This document shows, in pieces, positions 42,473 through 54,128 of a stretch of 64,000 nucleotides of DNA (its first letter is position 1; each line of letters begins with the position of its first letter). Made by a program: the position numbers and the translations under genes. The stretch spans positions 1 to 64,000 of the forward strand of contig JABVCE010000027.1 of assembly GCA_014905635.1 (NCBI GenBank), written 5' to 3'. This DNA comes from Scenedesmus sp. PABB004. Lineage: Eukaryota. A model generated the notes under the pieces. The model saw nothing but the letters and a program-made list of their open reading frames with translations. It ran no database searches and was not told where the DNA came from.

Positions 42473-43019
42473 AGGGATTGCCCCACCCGGGATGCTCGCG
42501 GTCGGCTGCCCGACCCAGCACTCTGCTCTGGCGCGCCGCGGTCGCGATCGCTTCCTTTGCTTGCTGGCTCCCCCTGTGGCGTGCCCAGTGCTCGCGTCGA
42601 CCTCTGCCCGCTCGCGGCGTGCGGCTGGGACTGTCGGGCGCGGTGGTTACCGTTGGCTGGTGCTCGACTGGGTTCTGGGGGGCGCTCGTCCCTCGCGGGG
42701 CGCGCCTAAGTTCACTCAGCGAGCGCGCAGCCAAGGGCGAACCCTGCCCCGTCAGCAAGGTCGCACTGGTTGCGAATCGGTGTGTAACCCCCACTCGGCC
42801 AGCACGCCTTGCAATGGCGCCTGCCGCTGCACAAAAGGCCTCAGACTAGGCCCCGCCACACACAGCAGAGAGCACGGTCGCTGCCGTGCGCGGTCACCCG
42901 CGCTGCAGTACATGCCCCGGTGACCCCGCTGCTGCGCGCGCATGCAAGCCCACCAGTGCTCAGTCCGGCCGGCCCCAGGCCTAGCCTCCATCGGGCAGCA
43001 GCCCCCATCGGTGCTGACA
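42473..43019 (-). repeat. Repeat B, terminal (5') copy (547 bp)
   Basis: Same length and apparently same sequence as 30411-30957; no repeat A next to it. Confidence 0.95.
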
Positions 43020-43044
43020 GCCCAGGGGCAGCCCACTGAAAAAA

Positions 43045-43207
43045 GCTCCAACGGGCTGCCCCGGCACGCGCTGCGCCGCCGAGGTCCGCCGCCGGCGGCC
43101 GCGCCGCGCCGCGGGCCGCGCGCCGCCCGCGCGCGCGCCGCTCGGCGGCGCCGCGGCGCAGCGCTGCCGGGCGCCGTTTCCCCTGCCCCGCCGCCCCTGC
43201 GGAGCGG
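43045..43207 (+). repeat. Last satellite monomer; array boundary
   Basis: Satellite ends at GGAGCGG, then unique sequence. Confidence 0.93.
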
Positions 43208-43369
43208 TTGGTCCCTGTGCCCGCTCAGGGCGCGCCCACTCGGAGAGAAGCGGCGGCTGAAGCGCGCCCACCTGTGCGGGTGAACTTGGGGGAACACGGG
43301 CGGTTTACAGGACACGCCTCGCGACGCAGGCGCTGCCGCTGCCGCTTCACCGCCATCCTGCCTTTCCTC

Positions 43370-45774
43370 TCAGCGCGGCATCGTGGCAACGAGGTGTGAC
43401 TGCTGCGTGGTCACGCCGACCCCGCCGGCCGCGCCATACGGCCCGCCACGCGCCGCAGCCGCCAGCTGCGCGGCGGCGCTCGGCGGCAGCCGCGAAGCAA
43501 ACGCCGTGGCCTCCGGCGCGTCGGCGGGCAGGGCCGCGAGGTACTGCAGCGTGGCCCACAGCGCCATGACCGTGCTGTGCCGCCACTCGCACGCCTGGCG
43601 CCCCGACTCGCTGTCGGCGCTGCACAGCCGCGTGAGCGCGGCGCCGTTGTTGCACACGTCGACCGCAAACCAGGGCCGCAGCGCGAGCGCGGAGCAGCAC
43701 CTGAGCGCGGAGCAGCAGCGAGCGGTGGGTGGCAGGGGCGGCGGGCAGCGGGAGGGGGAAGGGGCGGCGCGTCGTCCGCCCCTGCCATGCGTCGCCGCCG
43801 GCCGCGCACGCACCGGTACACGCCCGCGCGAGTGTCGTCAAAGGGTTGCTGCAGCAGGTTGAGCACCGCCTCGGCCGGGCTGCGCGCGCCGCCGGCGCCG
43901 CCCGACGCCGCCGCGACAGAGGCAAACACGGCGCCGCGCAGCGCCTCCTCGCCGGCGGCCGGCAGCAGCGCGGCGCCGCGGTCGCGCGCCTCGCCCGCGC
44001 GCTCCACGCCGGCGACCGACGCCAGCGCGTGCAGCGCCGCCAGGCGCACGGGCGGGCTGGCGGTGCGGCCGAGCGCGCGCACGGCGATGGGCGGCAGCAG
44101 CCCCGCGGGGTCCAGGGCGAGCGCCGCGGCCGCGGCGCCGCTGGCGGCGGCCATCTCGCACGCCGCGTCGAGCACGACCACCTCCACCTCGTCGCTGGCG
44201 CTGCCCCTGCGGCGCACGCGCGGCGGCGGGCGGGCGCGTCTGCTGCACGCCGCTGCCGCCGCCGCAGCGGCAGCAGCTGTCCCCCCCCCCCTGCTGTGGC
44301 GCCGACCGCCCCCCCCCCTAACCCACCGGTCGTCCAGCGCCTCTGCCATGCGCCCCAGGAGCTCGTGGCACGCGGCGCTGCCAGCCGGCAGGCCGTTGCC
44401 GTTGGCGGAGCCGCGGGCCCCGCGCCGCCGTCCACGTCCATCGCCGCCGCGGCGCCCCCGCCGTTGGCGAGGCCCGCCGCGCCCGCCGCCGCGCCGGCCG
44501 CGGCCGCGACCAGGCGCGCCGCGATCGGCAGCGCGCCCGAGGCCGTGCCCGGGTCGTCCAGCAGGCGCAGCAGCGGCGGCAGCAGCAGCTGCTCCAACAG
44601 CACCGCGCTGCCGGGGTCGGCGCGCGCGGCGAGGTCCTCCAGCAGCTGCAGCGCCACCAGGCAGCTCAGCGGGTCCACGGGGTCGAGCTGCGTCAGCAGC
44701 ACGCTCACCACGCCTGCCCAGCGGCACGGGTCGATGCAGCGGCGCGTGAGCGACGCCGCGTGCGCGCGCTCGGCAGCGCCGCGGCCGGCCCCCCCGCGGC
44801 GCGCGGCGCGCACCCGACTGCCTGAGCTGCTCCGCGTTGGCGGCGCTCGTGCCCGCCGCCGCGGCGAGCAGCGCAAACGCGCGCATGCGCTGCGTGGCGC
44901 TGCCGGCCTCGGCCATCTGCACGAGCGCCGCCCCCGCCGCGCTGCCGCGGGACAGCAGCGCCGCAAAGGCCGCCGGCCGCGTGCCGGCCTGCGCCACCAG
45001 CGCGCGCTCCGCCGCGCCCGCGACGGCGGTGTCGGCGTCCTGCGGCGCGCGGGCCGGTGGGAGGCGGGCGGGGTGGCCCAGGCGCCCGCCGCGAGGCGGG
45101 CGGGCGCACGCCGCTGCGCGTGCGCCGGCAGCGTTGCAGCGGGTGCGGCGCTCGACGGCAGCCGCCAGGCGCCGCCGCACCTTGAGCGCCTTCACCAGGG
45201 CCGCCTCCAGCGAGCGCTGCCGCGCGTCGTCCGCCGTGAGCAGCAGCAGCCGGCCCGTCTGCTCCGCGCCGAGCCGGCGCAGGCGCGGCGCGGGGCTGGC
45301 GAGCGCCGCCTCGGCGTACGCCGACGCGCCCGGCAGCAGCGACGTGCCTACGCGGGCGCCGCGGCGGTGCGGCGCGGTGGGTGTGAGAAGCATGTCGGGC
45401 AGGCGCGGGCGAGCCCCTGCGCGCACGGCGTGCGGGCGCCAGCAGGCGCCGCCGCTCGACTGCTCCGCCGCACCCAGCGGCGTGCCCAGCACTTTCGACA
45501 GCGCGGACGCCACGGTGTCCAGCGCGTCAGGGTCGATCGTGGACGTGCTCAGGACCCTGGCGTGGCGGCGCGGCGTGAGGGGCGGGCGCGATGCGCAAGA
45601 TGGCGCCGCTGCTGCCGCCGCGCCCGCTCACTGGAACACGGAGCCCAGCGGCTGCTCCTCCAGGAAGGCGCCGGCCACGGCATCCGTCACGGGAGGGTGT
45701 TTAGCGCTCGCGAGCACGCGCTCGCTGGCGGCCAGGAGGCCCGCCAGCGCGCCACCCGCTGCTGCCGCCGCCAT
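43370..45774 (-). CDS. 26S proteasome non-ATPase regulatory subunit 5-like (PSMD5/Hsm3 family) ARM protein, multi-exon
   Basis: LLTQLDPVDPLSCLVALQLLEDL and LLQQPFDDTRAGVYR resemble PSMD5 blocks; helical repeats; TGTAA signal near 43304-43308. Confidence 0.65.
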
Positions 45775-46013
45775 CGGCGCAGGGCAGAAGGGCAGCGGGA
45801 TCGCGGGAGGCAGGTTGCTCGGTGGCGGTGCGAGCTTGTGATCGTTGCGGCGCCGCGGCCGCCGCGCTGGACCGCCGCGCTGGACCGCGCTGGACCGCCG
45901 CCCCGCGGTCGACGCACAGAGGAGCTGGAGCAAGCCCGCCGCGGCGGGGCCGGCGAGGGTTGCAGGGCCTCCCCCCACATACCGGCCCGCCGCTCACGCC
46001 GCCGCGCGCGCGC

Positions 46014-47356
46014 TCACGCCGCCGCGGGCGCGCCGCCGCCGCGCGCGCGCCGCTTGGCCGCCGCCGCCTTGCAGCGCACCCAGTCCGCGACGTCGTCCGC
46101 GTGCGCCGCCGCGTCGGCGCCGCCGAGCAGGTCGTGGTAGGCGCCGCGCACGGTGACCAGCGTCTTCTCCGCCGCGCGCGAGGCCGCAAGGAAGGCCACC
46201 AGGTCGGCGTAGGGCGTGATGTGATCGGCCGTCGCGTGCAGCGCAAAGATCGGCAGGCGCAGCCGCGCCCGCGCCGCCTGCATGGCCAGCACGCCCTGCG
46301 GCGGCGGGACCGCGCGGTCGGGGCGCGCGGGCACGGGCGCGCGGGCGCGCGGGCGCGCGGGCGCGCGGCGAGCAGCGGCTGCGGGGCGCGCCTGGCCGAT
46401 CTGCCAGGCTGTGGACACGGGCGTGAGGCCGCGATAGACGAGCGGGTCGGCCTCGTAGTCAGCCACCTGGGGGGGGGGCGTCAGAGCGTCAGCGTGTCGG
46501 CGCGCCGCCCGCACCACCGCGCGCGCGGGGGCCCGGGCCGCGGCGCCGCACCGCGGCGGGGTCGGGGTTGAGGTCGCGCGCGGGGTCGAGGCGCTGCACG
46601 ATGCGCGCGCCGGGCAGCAGCCAGTTGAGCAGGGGGCCGACGAGGCGCTGGAGGCGGGTCAGGGGGCTCATGCGCACCCACAGGCAGCCGCTGACGAGCA
46701 CGAGCCCCGCCCACGCGCCCTGGTCGCGCAGCGCCGCGTGCGCCGCGACGAGGCCGCCGAGGGAGAAGCCCGATACGAACCAGGGCGCCGGCGGCAGTCG
46801 CGCGCGCGCGCGTGCGCGGCGCGCGCGACGCCGGCAAACTGGCAGAGGTCGTCCACCAGGTGCCCGAAGCTCCGGATCAGCGCGCGGCCGCCCGGCTCCT
46901 TGGGCTCGCTCTTGCCAAAGCCGGGCATGTCAAAGGCGTACACTGCGTGCGGCGCACGGTGTGGCGCGGCGGCGCGGCGTCCGCCGCCGGCCGCGGCGCA
47001 GACCACGCGCGCCGTGCCGCGGCGCGGGGAGGCGGGCGGGCAGCCACGCGCGCGCGCACCAGCGATGCCCGCCGCCGCGAGCTGCTCAAGGACTGCACAG
47101 GGAAGAGGGTTGGGGAGCAGGCGGGCGCGTGGGCAGCTGCTCACCCTGGCGCAGCAGCGGCAGGCCGCCCGCCCACGCGCGCGCCCGGCCAGCGCTGCCG
47201 CCGCATCGCCCCACCTGCCATCTTGCGGCCAGCGTGTTCCGCGTAGCCGTGGCAGAACACGAGCGCCGCGTGGACGTCGGCGGCGCGGGGCAGCAGGCCC
47301 CAGGCGTGCAGCCACTGCCCGCGGGCGTTCTCAAAGCTCAGGTCCACCTTCTTCAT
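46014..47356 (-). CDS. Alpha/beta-hydrolase, monoacylglycerol lipase/lysophospholipase family, multi-exon
   Basis: VFCHGYAEH, FDMPGFGKS, GFSLGG nucleophile elbow, LHATADHIT, GAYHDLL. Confidence 0.88.
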
Positions 47357-47718
47357 CGCGATTGGGTCTCGCAACGTCTACGAGCAGCTCGGAAGAGCTG
47401 CTACGCCGAGCTCGGCGGAGGGGCCGCGAGCGGGATGGCGCGCAACTGCCGGTGGGTCGTCACGGAGCGCGCGGGCGAGGGTGCGGGGCGCGACAAAGCT
47501 CACTCGCGACCGTGGGAACTGCGAGGCCACGGCGCGGGACGGCGCACTTGCCTGCGGGGCGCTCGCCGTTGCTGCGACTGCGTCGTCGCTGACACCACGC
47601 GCGACGACGGCGCCCAACACCTCTCTCTCTCTCCGCCGCAATCAGCCGGGTTCAGCAACACACTGTGCAGCAACAATGCGCCTGCGCCACCTCTGCACAA
47701 CAGCGCGGCGCGCGCAGC

Positions 47719-50700
47719 TCAGCCGTCGCTCGAGGCGTCGTCCTCCGTCACCGCCTCCGACGCGCTCGGCGTCTCGGCGGCCGCGAGCTTGCGCGCGCGC
47801 TCCGCCGCGCCACGCCCGCGCGCCCGCCCCCGGCCGCCGCGGCCACGTCCGGACGCGCTCGCCTGCCCCAGCCCGCGCGCCGCGCCGCCGCCGCGCCGCG
47901 CCCGGGCGCCGCCCGCCTCGCCCTCTGCCGCCTCGCCGCCGCTGGCCGCGACCGCGTCTGCCGCGCGCAGCACGCCCCGCAGCAGCAGCAGCTGGCTCTG
48001 CAGCTTCTCCTGGCACTGGCGCTGCGTCGGCGGCAGGCCGAGCGGCTGCGGCAGCGCCAGGTCGGCCGCGCGCAGCGCCTCGCGGTTGTCCAGCGCCGCC
48101 GCCATGCTCTCGGGGGACACAAAGTCAACCGCGACCTGCAGGTCGCCGCGCAGGTGTACCCGGGGGGGGGGGGTTCAGGGCGTGGGCCGGCGCGCGGCGG
48201 CTGCGAGACAGCGGAGAGGCGGCCGCACGGCAGGCGCGCACGCTGCGCGCGCGCCGCGCTCGCGCGACCGCCGCCGGCGCTCACCTTGCAGCAGGACGCC
48301 AGGTTGCGCACCTGGTGGGGGCAGCCCCCCGGCACGAACACGGCCTCGCCCTCGTGCTGCTCAAAGCGCCACAGCGCCACGCCCGCGTCGGCCGCGAGCG
48401 CGGCGAGGTGCGAGGCGCCGAGCATGAACGCCTGGCTCAGCGTGGGGCTCACGCCCGCCATGGCCACGCTGCCGGCCACGGGCTCGCCCTGGTGCACAAA
48501 CTCGCCGCCGCGCGGGCGCAGCCAGGCGTCGAGCGCGGCGGCGGGCGCGCCGCGCGGGCAGATGTCCCACACCGCGCCGGCGCCGCCGTACCTGCGCCCC
48601 GCCGCGGCCGGCCGCCCGTGGGTGAGGTGCGCGGGTGAGGCGCGCGCGGCGGCGGCGGCGGCGGCGGCTGCAGTGCGCGCGAGCTGCGCGGCGCGGGGGC
48701 CGCGCGCGGGCGCGACGCACCCGGGCGCGTCGGCCTCCGCGTCGCCGCAGCGCGGCGCCGCGCCGCTCGCGGCCGCGGCGGCGGCGGCGGCGCGCGACCC
48801 CGGGTCGCCGCCGGGCGTGGCGTGGAGCAGCAGGTTGACGGCGTCTGCCATGTCACAGTGAAGCTTGGTCACGCTGTCGCCCTCGCCGCCGTCGGGCACG
48901 GTGCTCGTGCGGCCGTACGCGACGTAGCACTGCCCGAGGCGGCGGCGGCGCGTGAGGCGTGCAGGGAGCAGGGAGAGGGAGAGGGCGGGGAGGGAGGGAG
49001 AGGGAGCGGGAGGGAGGGAGCGCGCAGGAGGGAGGGAGGGGCGTGTGCAGGGGGGCAAGCCCATGCGGCGCGGCGGCGGCGGCGCGGCGGCGCACCTTTG
49101 GCCCCAGGTCTGTGGGGTTGTCGTCGGGCGTGAGCGCGGTCGCGAGGTTCAGCGGGCTGAGCCCCGCTCCCAGGCGCGGGTCGGTGTACGCGCAGCGCAG
49201 CGGCAGCGCCTCCAGGAAGTCCTGCGCGGCGGGGCGGGGCGGGGGAAGGAGGGCCGAGGGTCGGGCAGGGGACGGGGAGCGGGCGAGGGCGGCGCGCGCG
49301 GCGGCGTGCACGCGCGGGGCGGCGCGGCGCGAGGGCGGGCGTGCGCGCAGGGCCGGCGTGCGCGCCGGGCCGCGTGCGCGCCGCACCACAAAGTGGCGCT
49401 GCATCTCCGCCCTGAACTGGCTGCGGGGCGGCCAGTCCTTGACCTTGAGCATCGCCACCTCCTGGGGGGGGGGGGGGCGCACCGCAGGCCACGGGCGCGC
49501 AGGCGGGGGTGCGGCGGCGAGTGGGCGCGTGGACGGCGGGCGGCGCGTGCGGGGGCTCCCACCGACCACCGCCCCTGCCTGCGCCGCCACACCTGCACGG
49601 GCTCGCCGTCGTGGCCGCGCCGCGTCACAAAGTGGCCGTGCGTGAAGCTGCGGGCCCGCGCGTGCGCGTGAGTGGTGGGCGGCGTGCGGGGCGCGCCCCC
49701 TGCCGGCGCCGGCGCGCGACGAGCAAGAGCTGCGCGCTGTGCGCGCTCTGTGCCCTGCACTGAGCCCCGCGCCCCGCGCGCGCTCACCCCTTGAAAAAAT
49801 CGTGCTGGGGCAGGTTGATGCGCCGAAAGTCTGCACAGTCCAGCACCGTCAGCCGCCCGCCGCCCTCGTCGTCGCTGTCGCCGGCGTCGTCCTCGTCCTC
49901 GGCGGCGTCCTCGGCGGCGGCGGCGCCGCCGCCGCCGCCGCGGCCCCGCGCGCCCGCGCGCTCGGCCTTGATGTCACGCACCGCGCGGCGCAGCGTGGCG
50001 GGGTCCCACGGGATGCGGCCCTGCACGGTGCGGCGCGGCGCAGGAGGCGGCGGGCGCAGGCGGCGGCGCGGAGGGCGGGGCGTCGGCGGGTCGCCGGCGC
50101 AGGGCGGCTCCCTTTCTGCGGTCGCGCGCACGCGCACCTTGGCGCCGCGCACGAGGACCGGCTCGCCCAGCGCCCAGCGTGCCCAGAACAGCGCGCGCGC
50201 CAGCGCGCAGCGCTCGCCGTCGGCGCCGGCGCCCGCCGCGGCGCCGGCGTTTGCGCCGCCGGGGCCGTGGCCGCAGCAGGCGCCCGCGAGGTCGTCGGCG
50301 TGGGGCGTGAAGAGCCACGCCCCGGGCGCAGCCTTGCGCCGCCACGCGTCCCGCAGCTGCGCTGGCAGCACGCGCCACCAGTCGGGCTGCTGCAGCGCCT
50401 GCAGCGTGATGGGCCCACGCCCGTCGGCGCGCGGCGGCAGCGCCACGCCCGACTGCAGCAGCGGACAGTCGTCCAGCGACGGCGCCGCCGCGCCCCCGGC
50501 GTCCTGCGGGCAGGCACGCGGCGGTGTGCGGGGTGAGCGCCGCGGCGGCCGCCGCACGCCGCCGTGCGCGACGACCGTCGCCGGCGCGCGCACCGCCGCC
50601 AGCGCCTGCAGGCGCTCCACCGCGCCCAGCAGGTCCTTGGGCAGCAGCAGCTGCAGCTCCAGCTCCTGCGCGCCGGGAATGGCGCCCAGCCCGCCCCGGA

Positions 50701-52495
50701 CCAGCTCGTCGTCGGGCCCCCGCCGCGCGGCGCGCGGCGCGCTGCGGCAGCCGGGGTTGCTGCAGCTCAGCGGGCCGCGCGCCGCGCGGCCGCCGCTGGC
50801 CGCGCCGCGGCGCAGGTCGGCGATGCACGACGCGCAGACGTCCCACTCGCACGCGGCGCAGTGCGCGAGCAGCCCGACCACGTGCGTGCCGCAGCGGTCG
50901 CACAGCACGCGCTGCCGCTGCGCCAGCGCCTCGCGCGGCACCGCCGCGAGGCCGCCGCCGACGCCCCACGCGGCCGCCTGCTCCTCCTGCGCCGCCAGCA
51001 GGTCGGCCAGCAGCGGCCGCAGCAGGCGCAGCGCGTGCGCGCCAAAGCGTGCGGCCGCGCCGGGGCCATGGCTCGGCGGCGGCAGCAGCCTGGCCGCGTC
51101 GGCGGTGCGCAGGCAGCGCCGGCAGGTGCACACGCCGCGGCACGCGGGGCAGGCCTCGTGCAGCTCCGCCAGGGAATAGAGGCCGTCGTAGCGATACACC
51201 AGGCACCTGGGCGCAGGGCACCGGAGTCGGCGCGGGGTTTCAGGCTTGAGCGGAGTCAGCGCGCGGAGAGCACGCCACGGCCGCCGGCGCGGCACCTCGC
51301 GGGACGACCGCAGCCTCCGCCGCGCGCCGCGCACCTGTTGCACACCGACTGGCCGCGGCAGCCCTCGCGCGCGCAGGTCCAGGGCACGTGCTGCACCTGG
51401 CAGTCGTGGCAGGACTTTGACACCTGCTTCCACTCGCTGCCGCCGCCGCTCGTAGGCACCTGCGGGCGCGCGGCGCGGCGGCCGCACGCCGCGTCAGCGG
51501 CCCACGCCGCCGCCGCAAGGCGCCGCGCGCGGGCGCGACCGCGCTGCGGGCGTGCGGCCGCGCCGCACCTGCGCGTAGAGCTTGCAGTGCGCGCCGGTCG
51601 CGTCGCCGCGGGCGTAGCTGTCCAGGGCCACCTGCTCCTCGCGCCGCCCCCTGGCCACGTCCTTCTTCAGCAGGCCCCGCCCCGCCGCCAGGCGCGGCAG
51701 GCCCGCCGCCGCCACGACCGCCGCGACGTCGCGCGGCGCGCCCCGCTCCGCCGCCGCCGCCGCCGCCTGCGGCTGCGCCGCGGGCTGCCGGTCCGCCTGG
51801 TCCGCCTGGGGCTGCCGGCCCCCGCGCCGCGGCTGCTGCGGCTGCTGCGCCTGCTCCTCGCTTGCCGCCGGGCGCGGCCGCTTGCGCTGGGCCTTTGGCG
51901 GCTCCTCCTGCTCCTGCGCCGGCCCCTCGTCCTCCGCTGCCTGCCGCGCGTCCTGCTGCTTGGCGCCCGCCTGCCTCATCCGCCGCACGCCGGGCTCCCG
52001 GCGCGCCGGCGGCCCCGGCTTGGCCTCCAGGACGAAGCTGCTGTCGCTGCTGCACGCCTCCTCGCTGCTGCCGCGCGTGGCCGCCGTCGCCACGCGCGCG
52101 GGCGGCGAGGCGGCCTTGCCGTGCTGCTGCCGCCGCCGCTCCCCACCGCGCTGCTGCTTGGCTGGCTGCGTCGCCGTGGGCTGCGGCTCGGGGCCGCCCG
52201 GCTTGCTGCCCGCCTGCTGACCCCCCAGCCTGATGGGCTTGTCCAGCGTCGGCGGCGGCCGCCGCGCCGGGGGCTTGGCCCTCGGGGCCGGCGGCGGCGG
52301 CGGTGGCGGGGCGCCGCCTTCGCCGCGCGGCCGCTTGCGCGGGGGCCCGGCCGCCGGCTCCGGCGCCAGCTCGTCCTGCCGCAGGATCACCGGGTGCGTC
52401 GCCTGCTGCTCACGGCCGCTGTTGATGTAGCGCCGTGGCGACGCGCCGCGCATGCCGCTCGGCGCGGGCGACGTCCGCTGCGCGGCGGTGGCCAT
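47719..52495 (-). CDS. JmjC histone demethylase, KDM3/JMJD1 (plant IBM1/JMJ25-like), with Cys-rich domains; start approximate
   Basis: LKVKDWPP, DLGPK-CYVAYG, GDSVTKLHCDMADAVN, GAVWDI, FEQHEGEAVFVPGGCPHQVRNL, DFVSPE; CPACRGVCTCRRC. Confidence 0.88.
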
Positions 52496-52961
52496 CGCCG
52501 AGCGCGCGCTGCCGCCGGGCCCGTGCCGGTTGCCCGTCCGCGCCGGTCTCGCTGGAGGGTCCGCTGGAGGGTGGCGGCTGAAGGGCAGCGGGGCTCCCGG
52601 GAGGGTGTCTGGGCCGGGCAACGTTGTGGCGCCGCCGCTCACGCTGCTCCCACGCCGCTCACACGTCTCCCGCCGCGCCTGCCGGTCGCCGTTGGCGCGG
52701 CAGGGACCTTCCGGGGCGGTGGAAGCCAGTGGCGGCGCGGCGGCAGCTGCAGCGGCAGCGGCGCTGCTCGCGGCAGCTGCTGCTGCGCGCGCTCTCGCGC
52801 TGGAGCCGCGGCTGCGCGCGGCGGCGGCTGCTGGTGTGTGGTGGCGCAGGCGGCGGAGGGCTCTTCCCGCGCCTGCCGCGTGGCGCGGTTTGAGCGGCCG
52901 GCGGTTGAACGTGGTTGAACGCGGGCGCGCGGCAACCGTCGCCGGCGGCGCGAGGCCGTGC

Positions 52962-53766
52962 TCAAAACTCCTCGACGTCCGCGGGCGCCAGGTGCGGCGC
53001 GAGGCGGCGCTGCCGCTTGCCCGTCGCGCCGTCGGTGAGCTCCTCGGCCTGCCGCTCGTCGCCCGCCGCGCCCGCCGCGCCCGCGGCGGCGGCCTCCAGC
53101 GCGGCGGTGGCCGCCGCGACCGCCGCCGCGCGCGCCGCCTCCGCCGCGCCGCGCTGCTCGTCCTCTGCGCGCTTCCTGGCACGGCCGTCGATCTTGGCCG
53201 CCACGCGGCGCTGCTTCTCTTCAGCCAGCGCCGCGAGGCTGCCGTGCTTGGCCACCGCCACCGCCTCCACCTGTGCGCGGCGGCGGCGGCGCGCACTGGG
53301 CACGGCGCAGCGCGGGGCGGCGCGGCGCGGCGCGGCGGCCCCGCGGGCGGGCGCGCGCTCAGCCCAGCGCGGCGCCGCGCCTGCGAGACCAGGTAGAGGT
53401 GCATGGGGGCCCACGTTGGGTGCTGCGGGTTGGCGCGCTCGAGGTGGCCCAGGCCCGCCAGGTCGGCGTCGCTGAGCAGGTACGTCGACTTGGCGTTGCT
53501 CTGCGGGGACGGCAGCAGCGGCGGCGGCAGGAGGGCGGCGCGGACGCTCGAGCGTCCGCGTGGCGCGCAGCAGCAGCAGCGCGCCGCGTGCAGTGGCGGC
53601 GGGCGCACGCCTTTGACGTCGTTGGCTCGTACGCCCTGCTGCAGGGCTTGCACACCGCCAGGCCGAAGGCGGCGGCATAGTCCGCGGCCACGCCGAGTGA
53701 GCCGCAGTGCACGCAGCCGCCGAGCGGCTGCGCGGGCGCCGCGGCGCGCGTCGGCGGCGCTGCCAT
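52962..53766 (-). CDS. XPA: DNA repair protein XPA/Rad14-like, 3 exons
   Basis: CVHC..FGLAVCKPC zinc finger; AKSTYLLSDADL; NPQHPTWAPMHLYL; KHGSLAAL. Confidence 0.85.
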
Positions 53767-54128
53767 GGGCGTGGTCGCACGCCTGCGGGGCCGGGCGGGG
53801 AGTGGGCGAGGTCGCTCGTCGCCGCGCTGGCGAATCGCCGCCGCCGCGTCACGCGCGTCTCTGCGTGGCGCGCTCGACCGGCGGCGGCGGTTGGCGATCG
53901 CCTCCTGGTGGACGACCAGCGGGTGCGCCCGCCCACCGACGCATCGAGCGCGCCCGCCAGCTCCGCCGGCAGGGCAGCAACAGCTCTCGCGTGCACCCAG
54001 CCTGCTCGCCGCCGCAGCTGTGCGCTGGCCTGAGCCCGCGTGCGGCCGCCAGGCGTGCACCGCGGTCAGGCCCGACACCAGCGGTGGGGAGCAGCCAGCG
54101 GCAGCAGCGGCAGCGGCCAGCGGCAGCG

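Larger units (their letters stand above)
30207..43019 (-). mobile_element. Ty3/gypsy-type retrotransposon with split direct repeats, DNA methyltransferase and PHD/Tudor-like domains
   Basis: Minus-strand ends TGTCAGCACC...GGTGCGTCA; 4-bp TSD GCCC (30203-30206, 43020-43023); gag-PR then RT-RH-DNMT-IN; repeats A (30207-30406, 30960-31159) and B (30411-30957, 42473-43019). Confidence 0.93.

Noticed and set aside
30207..43019. Classification as a DIRS/PAT/Ngaro tyrosine-recombinase element
   Set aside because: No tyrosine recombinase motifs recognised; HHCC-DDE integrase, TG...CA ends and a 4-bp TSD are present; the methyltransferase is C5-cytosine type, not the adenine type of DIRS
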